From Candidatus Latescibacterota bacterium (GTDB lineage: Bacteria; Latescibacterota; UBA2968; UBA8231), in NCBI GenBank assembly GCA_965248355.1, contig OZ252098.1:3264001-3328000 (forward strand): a stretch of DNA of 64,000 nucleotides, read 5' to 3'. The position numbers and the translations under genes are program-made. This document shows positions 9,878 through 19,804 of this stretch, piece by piece. The first letter of the stretch is position 1; each line of letters starts with the position of its first letter. Under the pieces are notes generated by a model that ran no database searches, was not told the DNA's origin, and saw only the letters and a program-made list of their open reading frames with translations.

Positions 9878-11797
9878 ATGGAACCGCACAACTCCAGGAA
9901 CTACCGCATTCTGGTCGTTGACGACCAGGAAGAGATCCACAACGACTTCGAAGAGATGCTGGCCCCCGCTGCCACCCGGAGGGCGACGGATGATCTGGCG
10001 TCAGTCTTCGTCCCGGAGACCGGCAGACCGCTACTGCCGAAGTTCGCGCTTTCCCATGCGGCCAGCGGAGGGGAAGCCTGCCACATGGTCAGGGCCGCCA
10101 GGGAATCGAACCGTCCCTATGCGCTGGCCTATGTCGACGTCAGGATGCCCCCGGGCACCGATGGCATCGAGACCGTGCGCCGGATCCGCCGGTTCGAGCA
10201 GGACATGGAAATCGTCATCATGACCGCGTACTCCGACAAGACGCTGCCGGAGATCGTCGACGGCATGGAGGTCCTTCACAAGCTGCTGTATATCCGGAAG
10301 CCTTTCTCGCGGGAGGAGATTCAGCAGATCACCCTGTCCCTTACCGGGAAGTGGAACATCGAACAGGAGTTGGCAGAGCACCGGCGGCAACTCGAGACCA
10401 GCAATCGGCAGCTTGAAGCCAGCAACCACAGACTCCAGGCGGTGCTCGACGCCACGGGAGATGCCATCGCCATGTTCGATGGCGGAGGACGCCTTCAGGT
10501 GGCGAACCAGGGGTATGAGAAGCTCCTCGGCGCCACCGAAAGGGAGCTGAAGGGAATGGCGGCGGCTGATCTCAGGGCCCGCACCATGGCGCGCCTGCGG
10601 CCGCCGGTACTGCCCGAATCGGAGGGTGGGCTCCTTCTCGGCAGCGCCGGCGAGCTGGAGGAGGAGGTCGCCGAATCCGGCGTCTCGAGACCCCGGCTGT
10701 TCTACCGCTCCACGGCGTCCCTGAAGGAGAGTGGACAGGGCTCAACGGGGCATGTCGTCACCTACCGCGACGTCTCCCGCGAGGTCGAGAGCGAGCAGAT
10801 GAAAGCCGAGGTCCTGCGCCTGCGCACCGAGCTGGACACGACCTACGGCTTTGAAGGCATGGTGGGAAAGAGCAAGAGGATGCAGCACCTCTACGGGTTG
10901 ATGCAACGAGCGGCCGGGAGCGACATCACGGTCTTGATCCAGGGCGAGAGTGGCACCGGCAAGGAGGTCGTGGCCAGGTTGATCCACTACAACGGCCCGA
11001 GAAAGGCCGGACCCTTCGTGGCCGTCAACTGCGCTGCCATTCCCGAGACCCTGATTGAAAGCGAGCTCTTCGGACATGAGCGCGGGGCCTTCACCAGCGC
11101 GTCGACGCGGCGCATGGGACAGTTCGAGCGCGCCCAGGGAGGAACCGTTCTGCTGGACGAGATCGGCGACATGCCCATCGCCCTGCAGGCCAAGCTGCTC
11201 CGTGTCCTGGAGGAGCGGGAAATCCAGCGGGTGGGCGGGACATCCACCCTCCCCGTTGACATCCGCGTCATTGCGGCGACCAACCGGAACCTGGAAAGTG
11301 CGGTAAAGGATGGCGGGTTCCGGGCCGATCTCTTCTATCGCCTGGCCGCCTTTCCCCTCCTCATCCCGCCTCTCAGGGAACACCGGGAGGACATCCCCCT
11401 GCTGGCGGCGCAATTCCTGAAGGACCATGCCGAAGGGGCCGGGGAAAGAATTCGCGGGATCTCCCCGGCCACGCTGCAGAGACTGCTTGAGTACGACTGG
11501 CCGGGCAACGTGCGAGAGCTGAGAAATGCCATTGATCGCGCCGTGTTGCTGGAGACCACCGACACGGTTCAAGTGAACAGCCTGCCACCCCGGCTCTCTT
11601 CAGCGATCCCTTCCTCTTCCGGCCCCGAAGTCCCGGTCCATCCCCCCCTCTCGATGCAGGAAGCGGAACGTCAGGCCATTGTCCGCGCCCTCGAAGCCTC
11701 CCGGAGCAACATCACCATGGCGGCCCAGGTACTGGACATCGATCGCACGACCCTGCACCGGAAGTTGAAGAAGTACAACCTGCTGCCCGAGAAGTGA
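9878..11797 (+). CDS. Sigma-54-dependent response regulator (REC-PAS-AAA+-Fis HTH)
   Basis: ILVVDD, DVRMPPG, GESGTGKE, GAFTSA, LLDEIGDM, WPGNVREL; C-terminal AAQVLDIDRTTLHRKLKKY. Confidence 0.95.
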   Translation: MEPHNSRNYRILVVDDQEEIHNDFEEMLAPAATRRATDDLASVFVPETGRPLLPKFALSHAASGGEACHMVRAARESNRPYALAYVDVRMPPGTDGIETVRRIRRFEQDMEIVIMTAYSDKTLPEIVDGMEVLHKLLYIRKPFSREEIQQITLSLTGKWNIEQELAEHRRQLETSNRQLEASNHRLQAVLDATGDAIAMFDGGGRLQVANQGYEKLLGATERELKGMAAADLRARTMARLRPPVLPESEGGLLLGSAGELEEEVAESGVSRPRLFYRSTASLKESGQGSTGHVVTYRDVSREVESEQMKAEVLRLRTELDTTYGFEGMVGKSKRMQHLYGLMQRAAGSDITVLIQGESGTGKEVVARLIHYNGPRKAGPFVAVNCAAIPETLIESELFGHERGAFTSASTRRMGQFERAQGGTVLLDEIGDMPIALQAKLLRVLEEREIQRVGGTSTLPVDIRVIAATNRNLESAVKDGGFRADLFYRLAAFPLLIPPLREHREDIPLLAAQFLKDHAEGAGERIRGISPATLQRLLEYDWPGNVRELRNAIDRAVLLETTDTVQVNSLPPRLSSAIPSSSGPEVPVHPPLSMQEAERQAIVRALEASRSNITMAAQVLDIDRTTLHRKLKKYNLLPEK

Positions 11798-11852
11798 ACC
11801 GCCCGCTCCGCGACCCGGCCGGACTGGAATCTCCGGCTCGATCCGGACCGGC

Positions 11853-11887
11853 TGTGGTAGAATACCACAACGTGGCAAATCACCACC
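11853..11887. promoter_or_regulatory. Two adjacent palindromic sites, putative enhancer (UAS) for a sigma-54 activator
   Basis: TGTGGTAGAATACCACA (11853-11869, 7-bp arms) followed by CGTGGCAAATCACCACC (11871-11887), ~200 bp upstream of a -24/-12 element. Confidence 0.65.
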
Positions 11888-12072
11888 TCGGCCGGCTTCT
11901 TCCGCGACAACAGTACCAAGCCACGTGATTACAAGGGGTTAGACCCCTTCCTCTGCTCCTCCGCGGCCTTCCCAGCCGTTGGATTCCGCCTCGATCCCAT
12001 CTCTCCCAGAGCTCCCGTTCTTATCACGTAACCTCCTGTTTATGCAGGGAGTTAAGGAACTCCTCCGGTGCC

Positions 12073-12087
12073 CGGCACGGTATGTGC
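12073..12087 (+). promoter_or_regulatory. Sigma-54 (-24/-12) promoter
   Basis: CGGCACGGTATGTGC has GG-N10-GC spacing and the GGCACG core; RBS GGAGGAG and ATG 12110 follow. Confidence 0.7.
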
Positions 12088-12109
12088 CACGATTACGGAG
12101 GAGGGCGAC

Positions 12110-14720
12110 ATGAGCAGGATTTCATACGCCGACCTGCAGGGACGGGTCGAGGAAAGTGCCGGGGAAGGGACCTCACAGCCTCGGGCGACAAGCGGATTCA
12201 GCCTCAGGGTCAGGAGATGGATTCGACAAGTACTGCGGCAAAGGCGCGTCCGTGCCGGCCGGCGCGGCAGGGTGCGCCGGACCGGTTCGGCGCCTATGGC
12301 GGCAGCCACTGTCCTTGCCGTCGCGGTGGCAGCCCCCGCTCGGGAATACAATCCGCCGATCACTACGCTGGTGAAGAATACCTACCAACCAACAGAAAGG
12401 GTCGTATTGCTGAATGCGTTCCAAGACGGACTGTACCAGGGATTCAGAACTGGCCCTAATCTCGGGGGATATGAATTGACGAGTATTTTGCTGTATGTGA
12501 GCGATACGCATGGAAGCCGGTACATGACGATAGATGCAGGCATCTACCTCTACAATGGATCCGGCTTCACCCGAGTCACTGACCTCATGAGTGGTGGGCA
12601 CCTGAGAACACCTACCTGGAGCCGGCCACGGACTACTACTTCCTGCTTGATTGCACGGCAGGTTGCGCGAACGACAACACCTCCCAATTTCGCACGACCT
12701 ACATCAGCGAAAACGACCCCGGTGCCGAGGAAGGCTGGGAGATCCACGATTATATCGGCTTTCGGAGCGCGGGCGATCCCGATTGGAAAAGGCACTCTCA
12801 AAGCATCGATATCGCCCTGATCTTCAACACACCCGTGTACGTGCAGGGCGAATCGTACATTGGCATTCAGGTCGGCGATGTCGCCGGTCCCAGCTCCCGC
12901 TTGGCAGCCTACCTGTCCGGCTCCTTCACGACTCGGTTGATCTACCGCTATCAGGTGCAAATTAACGATGCCGACGCCAACGGCATTAGCGTTGACGAGG
13001 GTGGGTCGGACACCGGATTCGTTGGGTGGGTGCCCACGCTCGTCGCCAGTTTCGGCTTGTTGCCCGCAGATCGCTATTACCCTGGCGTGGCCGACGACTC
13101 TAGCCACAAGGTGGACGGGTCGCTCCACTGCACCTTCCTGGAGGACGGGTCGCTCCACTGCATCGCCGGAACGGCGGCGGCGCTGTCGGTTGCAGACGCG
13201 CGGACAACGGAGGAGGCGGACGCCACGCTCGAATTTGTGGTGACGCTGAGCCGATCAGCCTCCGGGACGGTGACGGTGGACTACGCGACCGCGGATGGGA
13301 CCGCACAGGCGGGCCAGGACTACACGGCCGCGAACGGAACGCTCACCTTCGCCGCGGGCGAGACCCGGAAGACGGTTTCGGTAGCGGTGCTCGACGACGC
13401 CCACGACGAGGGCGAGGAGACCCTGACGCTGACCTTGAGGAACGCCTCGGGGGCGCGCATTGCGGACAATGTGGCGACGGGAACGATCGAGAACGACGAT
13501 CCCCTGCAGCGGGCCTGGCTGGCGCGCTTCGGCCGCACCGCGGCCCAGCGTGTGCTCGACGGGGTTCAGGCGCGCCTGGAGGCGCCGCACGAGTCGGGGA
13601 TGCAGGCGACCTTGGCGGGCCATGCCCTCGGCGGCCCGGGTGGGGAGGCAGCCCTCGCGTCCGGCGGCAGGGGTGAGGTGGCGGCGCGGGATCCCTTCGG
13701 GGCCCCTCCCGATCGTTTCCGCGGCGTGCCGGCCAACCCGCGGGCGCAGTCGCCGTCGCCGCGCGACCTGGTGACGGGAAGCGGCTTCACCCTGAGCGGA
13801 CGGACGGGCGGCGGCCTGGGCACTCTCTGGGGTCGCGGCGCGTATCCCCCGGCCGCGGCGAAGGCAGCATGGTCCCCTCGCTGACCGGCCTGTATCCCTA
13901 TGCCGGCTACAGTCTCAACGAGCGTCTGTCCCTATGGGGTACGGCGGGCTACGGCCTGGGCGACCTGGTGTCGGGAGGACCGGAGGGAGGGCCATCCCTC
14001 GCGATCGAGTCGGATGCCCTGTTCGTGCGCACGACCTCGGAGGCGGCGTCCGGTCCCTCAGGCCTCCTGGCGGCGGCCGTGGCGGACGTGAGCCGCCTGC
14101 GCCTGGGTCTGGAGGGTTCCATGGAACTGGCCCTCGCCGGCGGCGAGTCTCTGAGGCCGACCGTCGAGCTGGGTCTGCGCCATGACGGCGGCGACGCGGA
14201 GACCGGCCTTGGACTGGAGATCGGAGGCGGCTCGGGCTTCACCGACGCGGCGAGGGGCCTGACCGCCCAGGTGACGGTGCGGGGCCTGGTGGCTCACCAG
14301 GCCTCCGGCTTCCGCGACTGGGGCGCCTCGGGATGGCTGCGCTTCGATCCCAGGCCGTCGTCGGAGCTGGGTCCGTCCGCGTCGCTGACGCCGTCCTGGG
14401 GCGCCCCGTCCACGGGCGGTGTGGAGGCGCTCTTCCGGCGTGAGACCCTGTCCGGGCTTGCGCTGACCGACTCGGCCCCGCCGGTCGGGAGTCTCGCCGC
14501 GGAGGCCGCCTACGGGTTCGCGGTCTTCGGCGGCCGGTCTACGGGGACTCCCTACCTGGGGGTCGGTCGGTCCAAGGCCTTGCGCGAGGTGCGCGTGGGC
14601 TGCCGCCTGGACCTGCCCCAACGGGAGGGGCTGGAGCTGGGTCTCGAAGGGACGCGGCGCGTCAGTTCGTTCGACGAGGCCCCGGAGCACGGGGTCATGC
14701 TGCGCCTGGCGCTGCAATGA
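12110..14720 (+). pseudogene. Fragmented surface protein: N-terminal beta-sandwich domains, Calx-beta domain and autotransporter-like beta-barrel
   Basis: Three pieces (12110-~12590, ~12586-~13850, ~13850-14720). Calx-beta LSVADA...VTVDYATADGTAQAGQDY...GTIENDD; linker RAWLARFGRTAAQ; barrel strands ELGLRHDGGDAETGLGLEIGGG and TPYLGVG. Confidence 0.75.
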
Positions 14721-15696
14721 ACGGTTTCGAGGCCCCCTGCACGGTCCGAGCCATGTCCTCGGGCAGGGGGCTCTCGAAGCGCAACGCCTCCCCGGTGCGC
14801 GGGTGCGTGAACCCCAGCGAGGCGGCGTGCAGCGCCTGCCGGTCGATGCCCTCCAGGAGGCGCCGGGCCTCTTCCCGGTGCCGCGGGTCGATGCCGCGCA
14901 CCCGCGTGCGCCCTCCGTACACCGGATCTCCGAAGACCGGGTGTCCGAGGTGCTGCGCGTGGACGCGGATCTGGTGCGTGCGGCCGGTCTCGAGCCGCAA
15001 CTCCACCAGGCTGAGAAAGGCCAGCTCCCGCAGCCGCCGGAAGTGGGTCACGGCGCGCCGGCCGCCCTCGACGACGGCCATCCGCTTGCGGTCCCGGGGA
15101 TTTCGGTCCAGGGGCGCGTCCACCGCCCCCTCCCCGGGGGGCCTTCCCCAGACGAGGGCGGTGTAGCGACGCTCGACGCTGCGCTTCTCCAGCTGCGCCG
15201 CCAGGCCGCGGTGGGCAGTGTCGTTCTTGGCCACCATCAGCAGGCCGGTGGTTCCCCGGTCGAGGCGGTGGACGATGCCGGGCCGCAGCACGCCGTTGAT
15301 GCCGGACAGGTCCCCGCAGTGGTGGAGCAGGGCGTTGACCAGGGTGCCCGAGGGACTGCCCGGCGCCGGATGGACCGCCATGCCGGCCGGCTTGTCCACC
15401 ACGAGCAGATCGGCGTCCTCGTGCACCACGGTGAGCGGCAGATCCTCGGGCCGGGCCACCAGCTGCACCGGCTCCGGCACATGAACGGCGATCCGATCCC
15501 CGATGCGGAGGCGGTACCCGGGGCGTTTCCCGGTGTCGTTGACGAGTACGGCGCCCTCGGCGATCAGGCCCTGAACGCGGCTCCGGGACAGATCCTCCAG
15601 GACGCGCGGCACGAAGCGGTCCAGGCGCGCGCCCTCGTCCTCTTCCTCTACCAGAAGTCGGCGGACACCGCCCGGCGGGACGGGGGGCCCGGTCAC
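14695..15696 (-). CDS. rluD: RluA/RluD family 23S rRNA pseudouridine synthase
   Basis: S4 domain RLDRFV...SRSRVQGLI; VDKPAGM, RPGIVHRLDRGTTG, TGRTHQIRVH and QALHA. Confidence 0.92.
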   Translation of the reverse strand: MTGPPVPPGGVRRLLVEEEDEGARLDRFVPRVLEDLSRSRVQGLIAEGAVLVNDTGKRPGYRLRIGDRIAVHVPEPVQLVARPEDLPLTVVHEDADLLVVDKPAGMAVHPAPGSPSGTLVNALLHHCGDLSGINGVLRPGIVHRLDRGTTGLLMVAKNDTAHRGLAAQLEKRSVERRYTALVWGRPPGEGAVDAPLDRNPRDRKRMAVVEGGRRAVTHFRRLRELAFLSLVELRLETGRTHQIRVHAQHLGHPVFGDPVYGGRTRVRGIDPRHREEARRLLEGIDRQALHAASLGFTHPRTGEALRFESPLPEDMARTVQGASKPFIAAPGAA

Positions 15697-15700
15697 AAGG

Positions 15701-16234
15701 CTAGCCCTGGGCGACGGGCTCGTCGGCGGGTGCCGGATCGGCCGGCGCCGCCTCCGGGGCCGGTTTCTTCTGTCGGGAGTAGGCCAGGACCAGCAGCAGG
15801 ACCCCGACGGTGACGCAGGAGTCGGCCACGTTGAAGACCGGCCACCGCCAGATCTCGGAGAGGCCCACGTCGATGAAGTCGACCACCTCGCGCAGGCGCA
15901 CGCGGTCGACGATGTTGCCGAGCGCGCCGCCGAGGACCAGGGCCAGGGCGCCGCGCTGCAGGCGCGCCTGCGCGGGCAGGCCGCGGAACATCCAGACCAG
16001 CAGCGCCAGCGCGCCGACGGCGACCGCCGTGTGCACCAGGGGCCCCCCGAAGGTGAGGCCGAAGGCGGCGCCGCGGTTGTGGATCAGGGTGAGGCGGAGG
16101 ACGTCCCCGAAGACGGGGACCGGGGACTGCGGGGGCAGGGTATGAAGGGCGATCTGCTTCGACGCCTGGTCGAGGAGCAGGGCGGCGGGGACGATCCAGA
16201 GGACCGCGGAACCGCGCCCCCCGGCCGGATTCAC
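15701..16234 (-). CDS. lspA: Lipoprotein signal peptidase II
   Basis: DQASK, NRGAAFG, GGALGNIVDR, VVDFID and FNVADS. Confidence 0.95.
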   Translation of the reverse strand: MNPAGGRGSAVLWIVPAALLLDQASKQIALHTLPPQSPVPVFGDVLRLTLIHNRGAAFGLTFGGPLVHTAVAVGALALLVWMFRGLPAQARLQRGALALVLGGALGNIVDRVRLREVVDFIDVGLSEIWRWPVFNVADSCVTVGVLLLVLAYSRQKKPAPEAAPADPAPADEPVAQG

Positions 16235-16608
16235 TCCTTCCTCTTGTCGTCCCCGCTCTTGCACTCGATGCACTGGCTCGCCGTCGGGACCGCCTCGAGA
16301 CGGGCACGGCCGATCTCGCCCCCGCATACGCGGCAGACGCCGAAGGTCCCGTCCTCGATCCGCTGCAGGGCCTCATCGACGTAGTCGAGGTAGCTGCCCT
16401 CGCGCTGGGCGAAGAGCAGGTTCTTCTCCCGCTCCATGGCGTCCGTGCCGCGGTCGGCCATGTGCAGCGAATAGGCGGACCGCTCTTCCGACGACTCCTG
16501 GGCCACGTCCGAACGGGAGACGCGCTCGAACTCCTCCAGATCGGACCTGGCCTGTTCCTGCTTGGTCTGCAGCAGTTTCTTGAAGTGTGCCAGATCTTCC
16601 TGGTTCAT
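16231..16608 (-). CDS. DksA/TraR C4 zinc-finger protein
   Basis: HMADRGTD coiled-coil tip; CRVC...RLEAVP...CIEC. Confidence 0.9.
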   Translation of the reverse strand: MNQEDLAHFKKLLQTKQEQARSDLEEFERVSRSDVAQESSEERSAYSLHMADRGTDAMEREKNLLFAQREGSYLDYVDEALQRIEDGTFGVCRVCGGEIGRARLEAVPTASQCIECKSGDDKRKE

Positions 16609-16621
16609 CTCTCCCGCCTCC

Positions 16622-19600
16622 CTACCCGCCCCGCCCGAGGCGGGCGAGCGCGATCCTGCAGGGTTCGGTGTTGACTTCCCACTCCTTCGTCATCGACGCC
16701 TCCCCGCCGGCGGGCGGCTCGCCCACCGAGACCTGTCGCGCCAGGGTCTCGGCGGCCACGTAGCCGCGGAAGGCCCCCACCCACGACTCCAGGGTCTCGC
16801 TCCCCTCGACCCACAGCCGGATTCGGTCGGCCACGTCGAGGCCTGCCTCCTTGCGCATGTTCTGCACGCGGTTGACGACCTCCCGGGCGCCGCACTCGGC
16901 GACCAGCTCCTCCGTGAGGTGGACGTCCAGACCGACGGCGAGGTTCTCCTCCACGGCGACCACCACGTCCCGCCGCTCGCGGCGCTGCACCTCGACGTCG
17001 CCCACGCCGATGGCGCCGCCGCCGACCTCGAGGGTTCCCCCCTCCTGAAGCATCCGCACCTGGTCCGTGGTCAGGTCGCCGATGAAGGCGGCCGCCTCGC
17101 GCGTGCGCTTGCCGAAGCGCGGGCCCAGGGCCCGGAAGTTCGCCCTGTAGGAGACCTCGCTGATCTCCGACTCGTCCTCCACGAGGACCACCTCCTTGAC
17201 GTTGAGCTCGTCGGCGATCAGGTCGCTAACCGCCTCCAGCATGCCGCGGCCCGGCTCGTCGGGGGGCAGCAGCAGGAGGCGCTGCAGGGGTTGCCGGACC
17301 TTCAGGCCGTGGCGGCTGCGCAGCATGCGCCCCAGGGCGCAGGCGCGCATGGCCAGGGTCATCTGCGCCTCCAGCTCGGGGTCGCGCAGCGATTCGTCGG
17401 CGGCGGGCATGTCGCACAGGTGCACGCTCTCCGGTGCCCCCGGGTCCCGGGCGAGGTTCCGATAGATGGCCTCGGTCACGTACGGCAGCACCGGCGCCAG
17501 GCTCTTGGCGAAGGTGAGGAGCACCTGGTGCAGGGTGGCGTAGGCGGATTCGGTGTCGGTGCCCGACTCGGCCTTCCAGAACCGGCGGCGGCTGCGGCGG
17601 ATGTACCAGTTCGTCAGCTTGTCGACGAATCCGACCATGGCCGGCACCGTGCGGTAGAGCCGGTAGGCCTCCATCTCCTCGTTGATCTTGTGGACCAGGG
17701 TCTGCAGCTCCGACAGGATCCACCGGTCGAGGCGGTTCACGGGCCGCGCCCCCCCGGCGCCTGGAGACCAGCCATCGGTGTTGGCGTAAAGCACGAAGAA
17801 GTGATACGCGCTCCACAGGGGGATGATCACGTCGCGCAGGCTCTGGCGGATGCCCTCCTCGGTGAGCCGCATCTCCTCGGCCTTCATGGCCGGCGAGTTG
17901 AGCAGGTAGAGGCGCAGGGCGTCGGCGCCGTAGGTCTCGAGCATCTCGGCCGGATCGGGATAGTTCTTCAGCCGCTTGCTCAGCTTGCGCCCGTCCGCGG
18001 CCAGCAGCATGCCCCCGACGATGCAGTTGTGGAAGGCCGGCTTGTCGAACAGCGCCGCCCCCAGGATGGTCAGGGTGTAGAACCACCCCCGGGTCTGGTC
18101 GAGGTTCTCGGAGATGAAGTCGGCCGGGAAGGAGGCTTCGAAGTCCTGGCGCCGGCCGAAGGGGTAGTGGCTCTGGGCGTAGGGCATGGCCCCGGACTCG
18201 AACCAGCAGTCGAGGACCTCGGGCACGCGCCGCAGGGTGCCCCGCCCCGAGGGCGCCGGGATCTCGAGATCGTCGACGAAGTGCTTGTGCAGATCCTCCA
18301 CCTCGCGGCCGGCGAGCTCGCTCAGCTCCTGGCGGCTGCCGACGCACACCGCCTCGCCCGTCTCCTCGTTGCGCCAGATCGGCAGCGGCGTCCCCCAGTA
18401 GCGGTTACGGCTCACGGCCCAGTCCGGCGCCGACTCGACGCCCTTGCCGAAGCGGCCGTCGCGGATGTGCTCCGGGACCCACCGGATCCGCCGGTTGGCG
18501 GCCAGCATCCTCTCCTTCACCTCCCCCTCGATCTTCACGAACCAGGTGGAGACCGCGCGGTAGATGAGGGGGGAGTCACAGCGCCAGCAGAACGGGTACG
18601 AGTGCTCGATGGTGCCCTCGGAGAACAGTCGTCCCAAGGCACGCAATCGCCGGATGATGGGGGTGTCCGTGTCCTTGACGAAGACTCCCTCGAAGTCCGG
18701 GACCTCGCCGGTGAAGCAGCAGTCGGCATCGAGGGGGCAGACCACGGGCAGGCCCTCGGCCAGGCCGAGCTGGTAGTCGTCCTCGCCGAAGCCGGGGGCG
18801 ATGTGGACGATGCCGGTGCCGTCGCCGGTGGAGACGAAATCGGCGGCCACGACGCGGAAGGCGCCCTGGTCGGCGAGGCCGGCGAAGTCGTCGAAGAGGG
18901 GCTCGTAGCGCAGCCCGAGAAGGTCGTCCACGGCCACCGGCGTCACCTCGGCGACCTCGCCGGGGTGCCGGCCGAAGATGTCGTCCACGAGGGGGGCAGC
19001 CAGGATCAACCGCTCCCCGTCGGCGGTGGTGACGCGCACGTAGTCGATGTCGCGGCCCACGGCCAGGGCCATGTTGGAGGGCAGGGTCCACGGGGTAGTG
19101 GTCCAGGCGAGCAGGGACAGGCCCGGCTCTCCGGCCACGGGAAAGCGCACCGTGATCGATGGGTCCTGGGTGTCCTGGTAGCCCTGGTTGACCTCGAAGT
19201 TCGACAGCGGCGTCGCGCACCGGGGACAGTAGGCGAGGGACTTGTAGCCCTCGTAGACGAGGCCCTTGTCCCACAGCGCCTTGAACACCCACCACACCGA
19301 CTCCATGAACTCGGGGTCCATGGTCCGGTACTGATCGTCCCAGTCGACCCATCGTCCCAGCCGTTCGATCAGGCTCCGCCACTCGGCCGTGTAGCGCAGC
19401 ACCAGGTCACGGCAGGCCTCGTTGAACCGGGCCACGCCGTACTCGAGGATGTCCCGCCTCGACCCCAGACCGAGCTGCTGCTCGGCCTCGTTCTCGACGG
19501 GCAGGCCGTGGCAGTCCCAGCCCCAGCGGCGCTCGACCCGGTAGCCGCGCATCGTCCAGTACCGGGGCACCACGTCCTTGGTGATGGAGGCGAGCAGATG

Positions 19601-19804
19601 CCCGTAGTGGGGCAGGCCGGTGGCGAAGGGCGGACCGTCGAAGAACCGGAAGGGCCGGTCGGCGGGCCGGGCGAGGACGGACTTGCGGTACAGGTCGCCG
19701 GCGCGCCAGGACTCGAGGACGCGGCGCTCCTGGGCGGGGAAGTCGACCTGGCTCGGCACCTTGTCGAAGGCCGGCGCGGCGGGGCGTGGGGCGGCGGCGG
19801 TCAC
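16622..19804 (-). CDS. ileS: Isoleucine--tRNA ligase (type 2)
   Basis: DGPPFATGLPHYGH, WDCHGLP, WTTTPWTLPSN, GTGIVHIAP, DQTRGWFY and KLSKR; GTG start overlaps the yggT stop. Confidence 0.96.
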   Translation of the reverse strand: MTAAAPRPAAPAFDKVPSQVDFPAQERRVLESWRAGDLYRKSVLARPADRPFRFFDGPPFATGLPHYGHLLASITKDVVPRYWTMRGYRVERRWGWDCHGLPVENEAEQQLGLGSRRDILEYGVARFNEACRDLVLRYTAEWRSLIERLGRWVDWDDQYRTMDPEFMESVWWVFKALWDKGLVYEGYKSLAYCPRCATPLSNFEVNQGYQDTQDPSITVRFPVAGEPGLSLLAWTTTPWTLPSNMALAVGRDIDYVRVTTADGERLILAAPLVDDIFGRHPGEVAEVTPVAVDDLLGLRYEPLFDDFAGLADQGAFRVVAADFVSTGDGTGIVHIAPGFGEDDYQLGLAEGLPVVCPLDADCCFTGEVPDFEGVFVKDTDTPIIRRLRALGRLFSEGTIEHSYPFCWRCDSPLIYRAVSTWFVKIEGEVKERMLAANRRIRWVPEHIRDGRFGKGVESAPDWAVSRNRYWGTPLPIWRNEETGEAVCVGSRQELSELAGREVEDLHKHFVDDLEIPAPSGRGTLRRVPEVLDCWFESGAMPYAQSHYPFGRRQDFEASFPADFISENLDQTRGWFYTLTILGAALFDKPAFHNCIVGGMLLAADGRKLSKRLKNYPDPAEMLETYGADALRLYLLNSPAMKAEEMRLTEEGIRQSLRDVIIPLWSAYHFFVLYANTDGWSPGAGGARPVNRLDRWILSELQTLVHKINEEMEAYRLYRTVPAMVGFVDKLTNWYIRRSRRRFWKAESGTDTESAYATLHQVLLTFAKSLAPVLPYVTEAIYRNLARDPGAPESVHLCDMPAADESLRDPELEAQMTLAMRACALGRMLRSRHGLKVRQPLQRLLLLPPDEPGRGMLEAVSDLIADELNVKEVVLVEDESEISEVSYRANFRALGPRFGKRTREAAAFIGDLTTDQVRMLQEGGTLEVGGGAIGVGDVEVQRRERRDVVVAVEENLAVGLDVHLTEELVAECGAREVVNRVQNMRKEAGLDVADRIRLWVEGSETLESWVGAFRGYVAAETLARQVSVGEPPAGGEASMTKEWEVNTEPCRIALARLGRGG

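Noticed and set aside
12027..12056. Integron attC site (TAAC...GTTA)
   Set aside because: It is only ~30 bp, too short for attC, and there is no integrase or cassette array.
13113..13162. CRISPR-like repeat
   Set aside because: Only two copies with a 10-nt spacer, inside a reading frame, and no cas genes.
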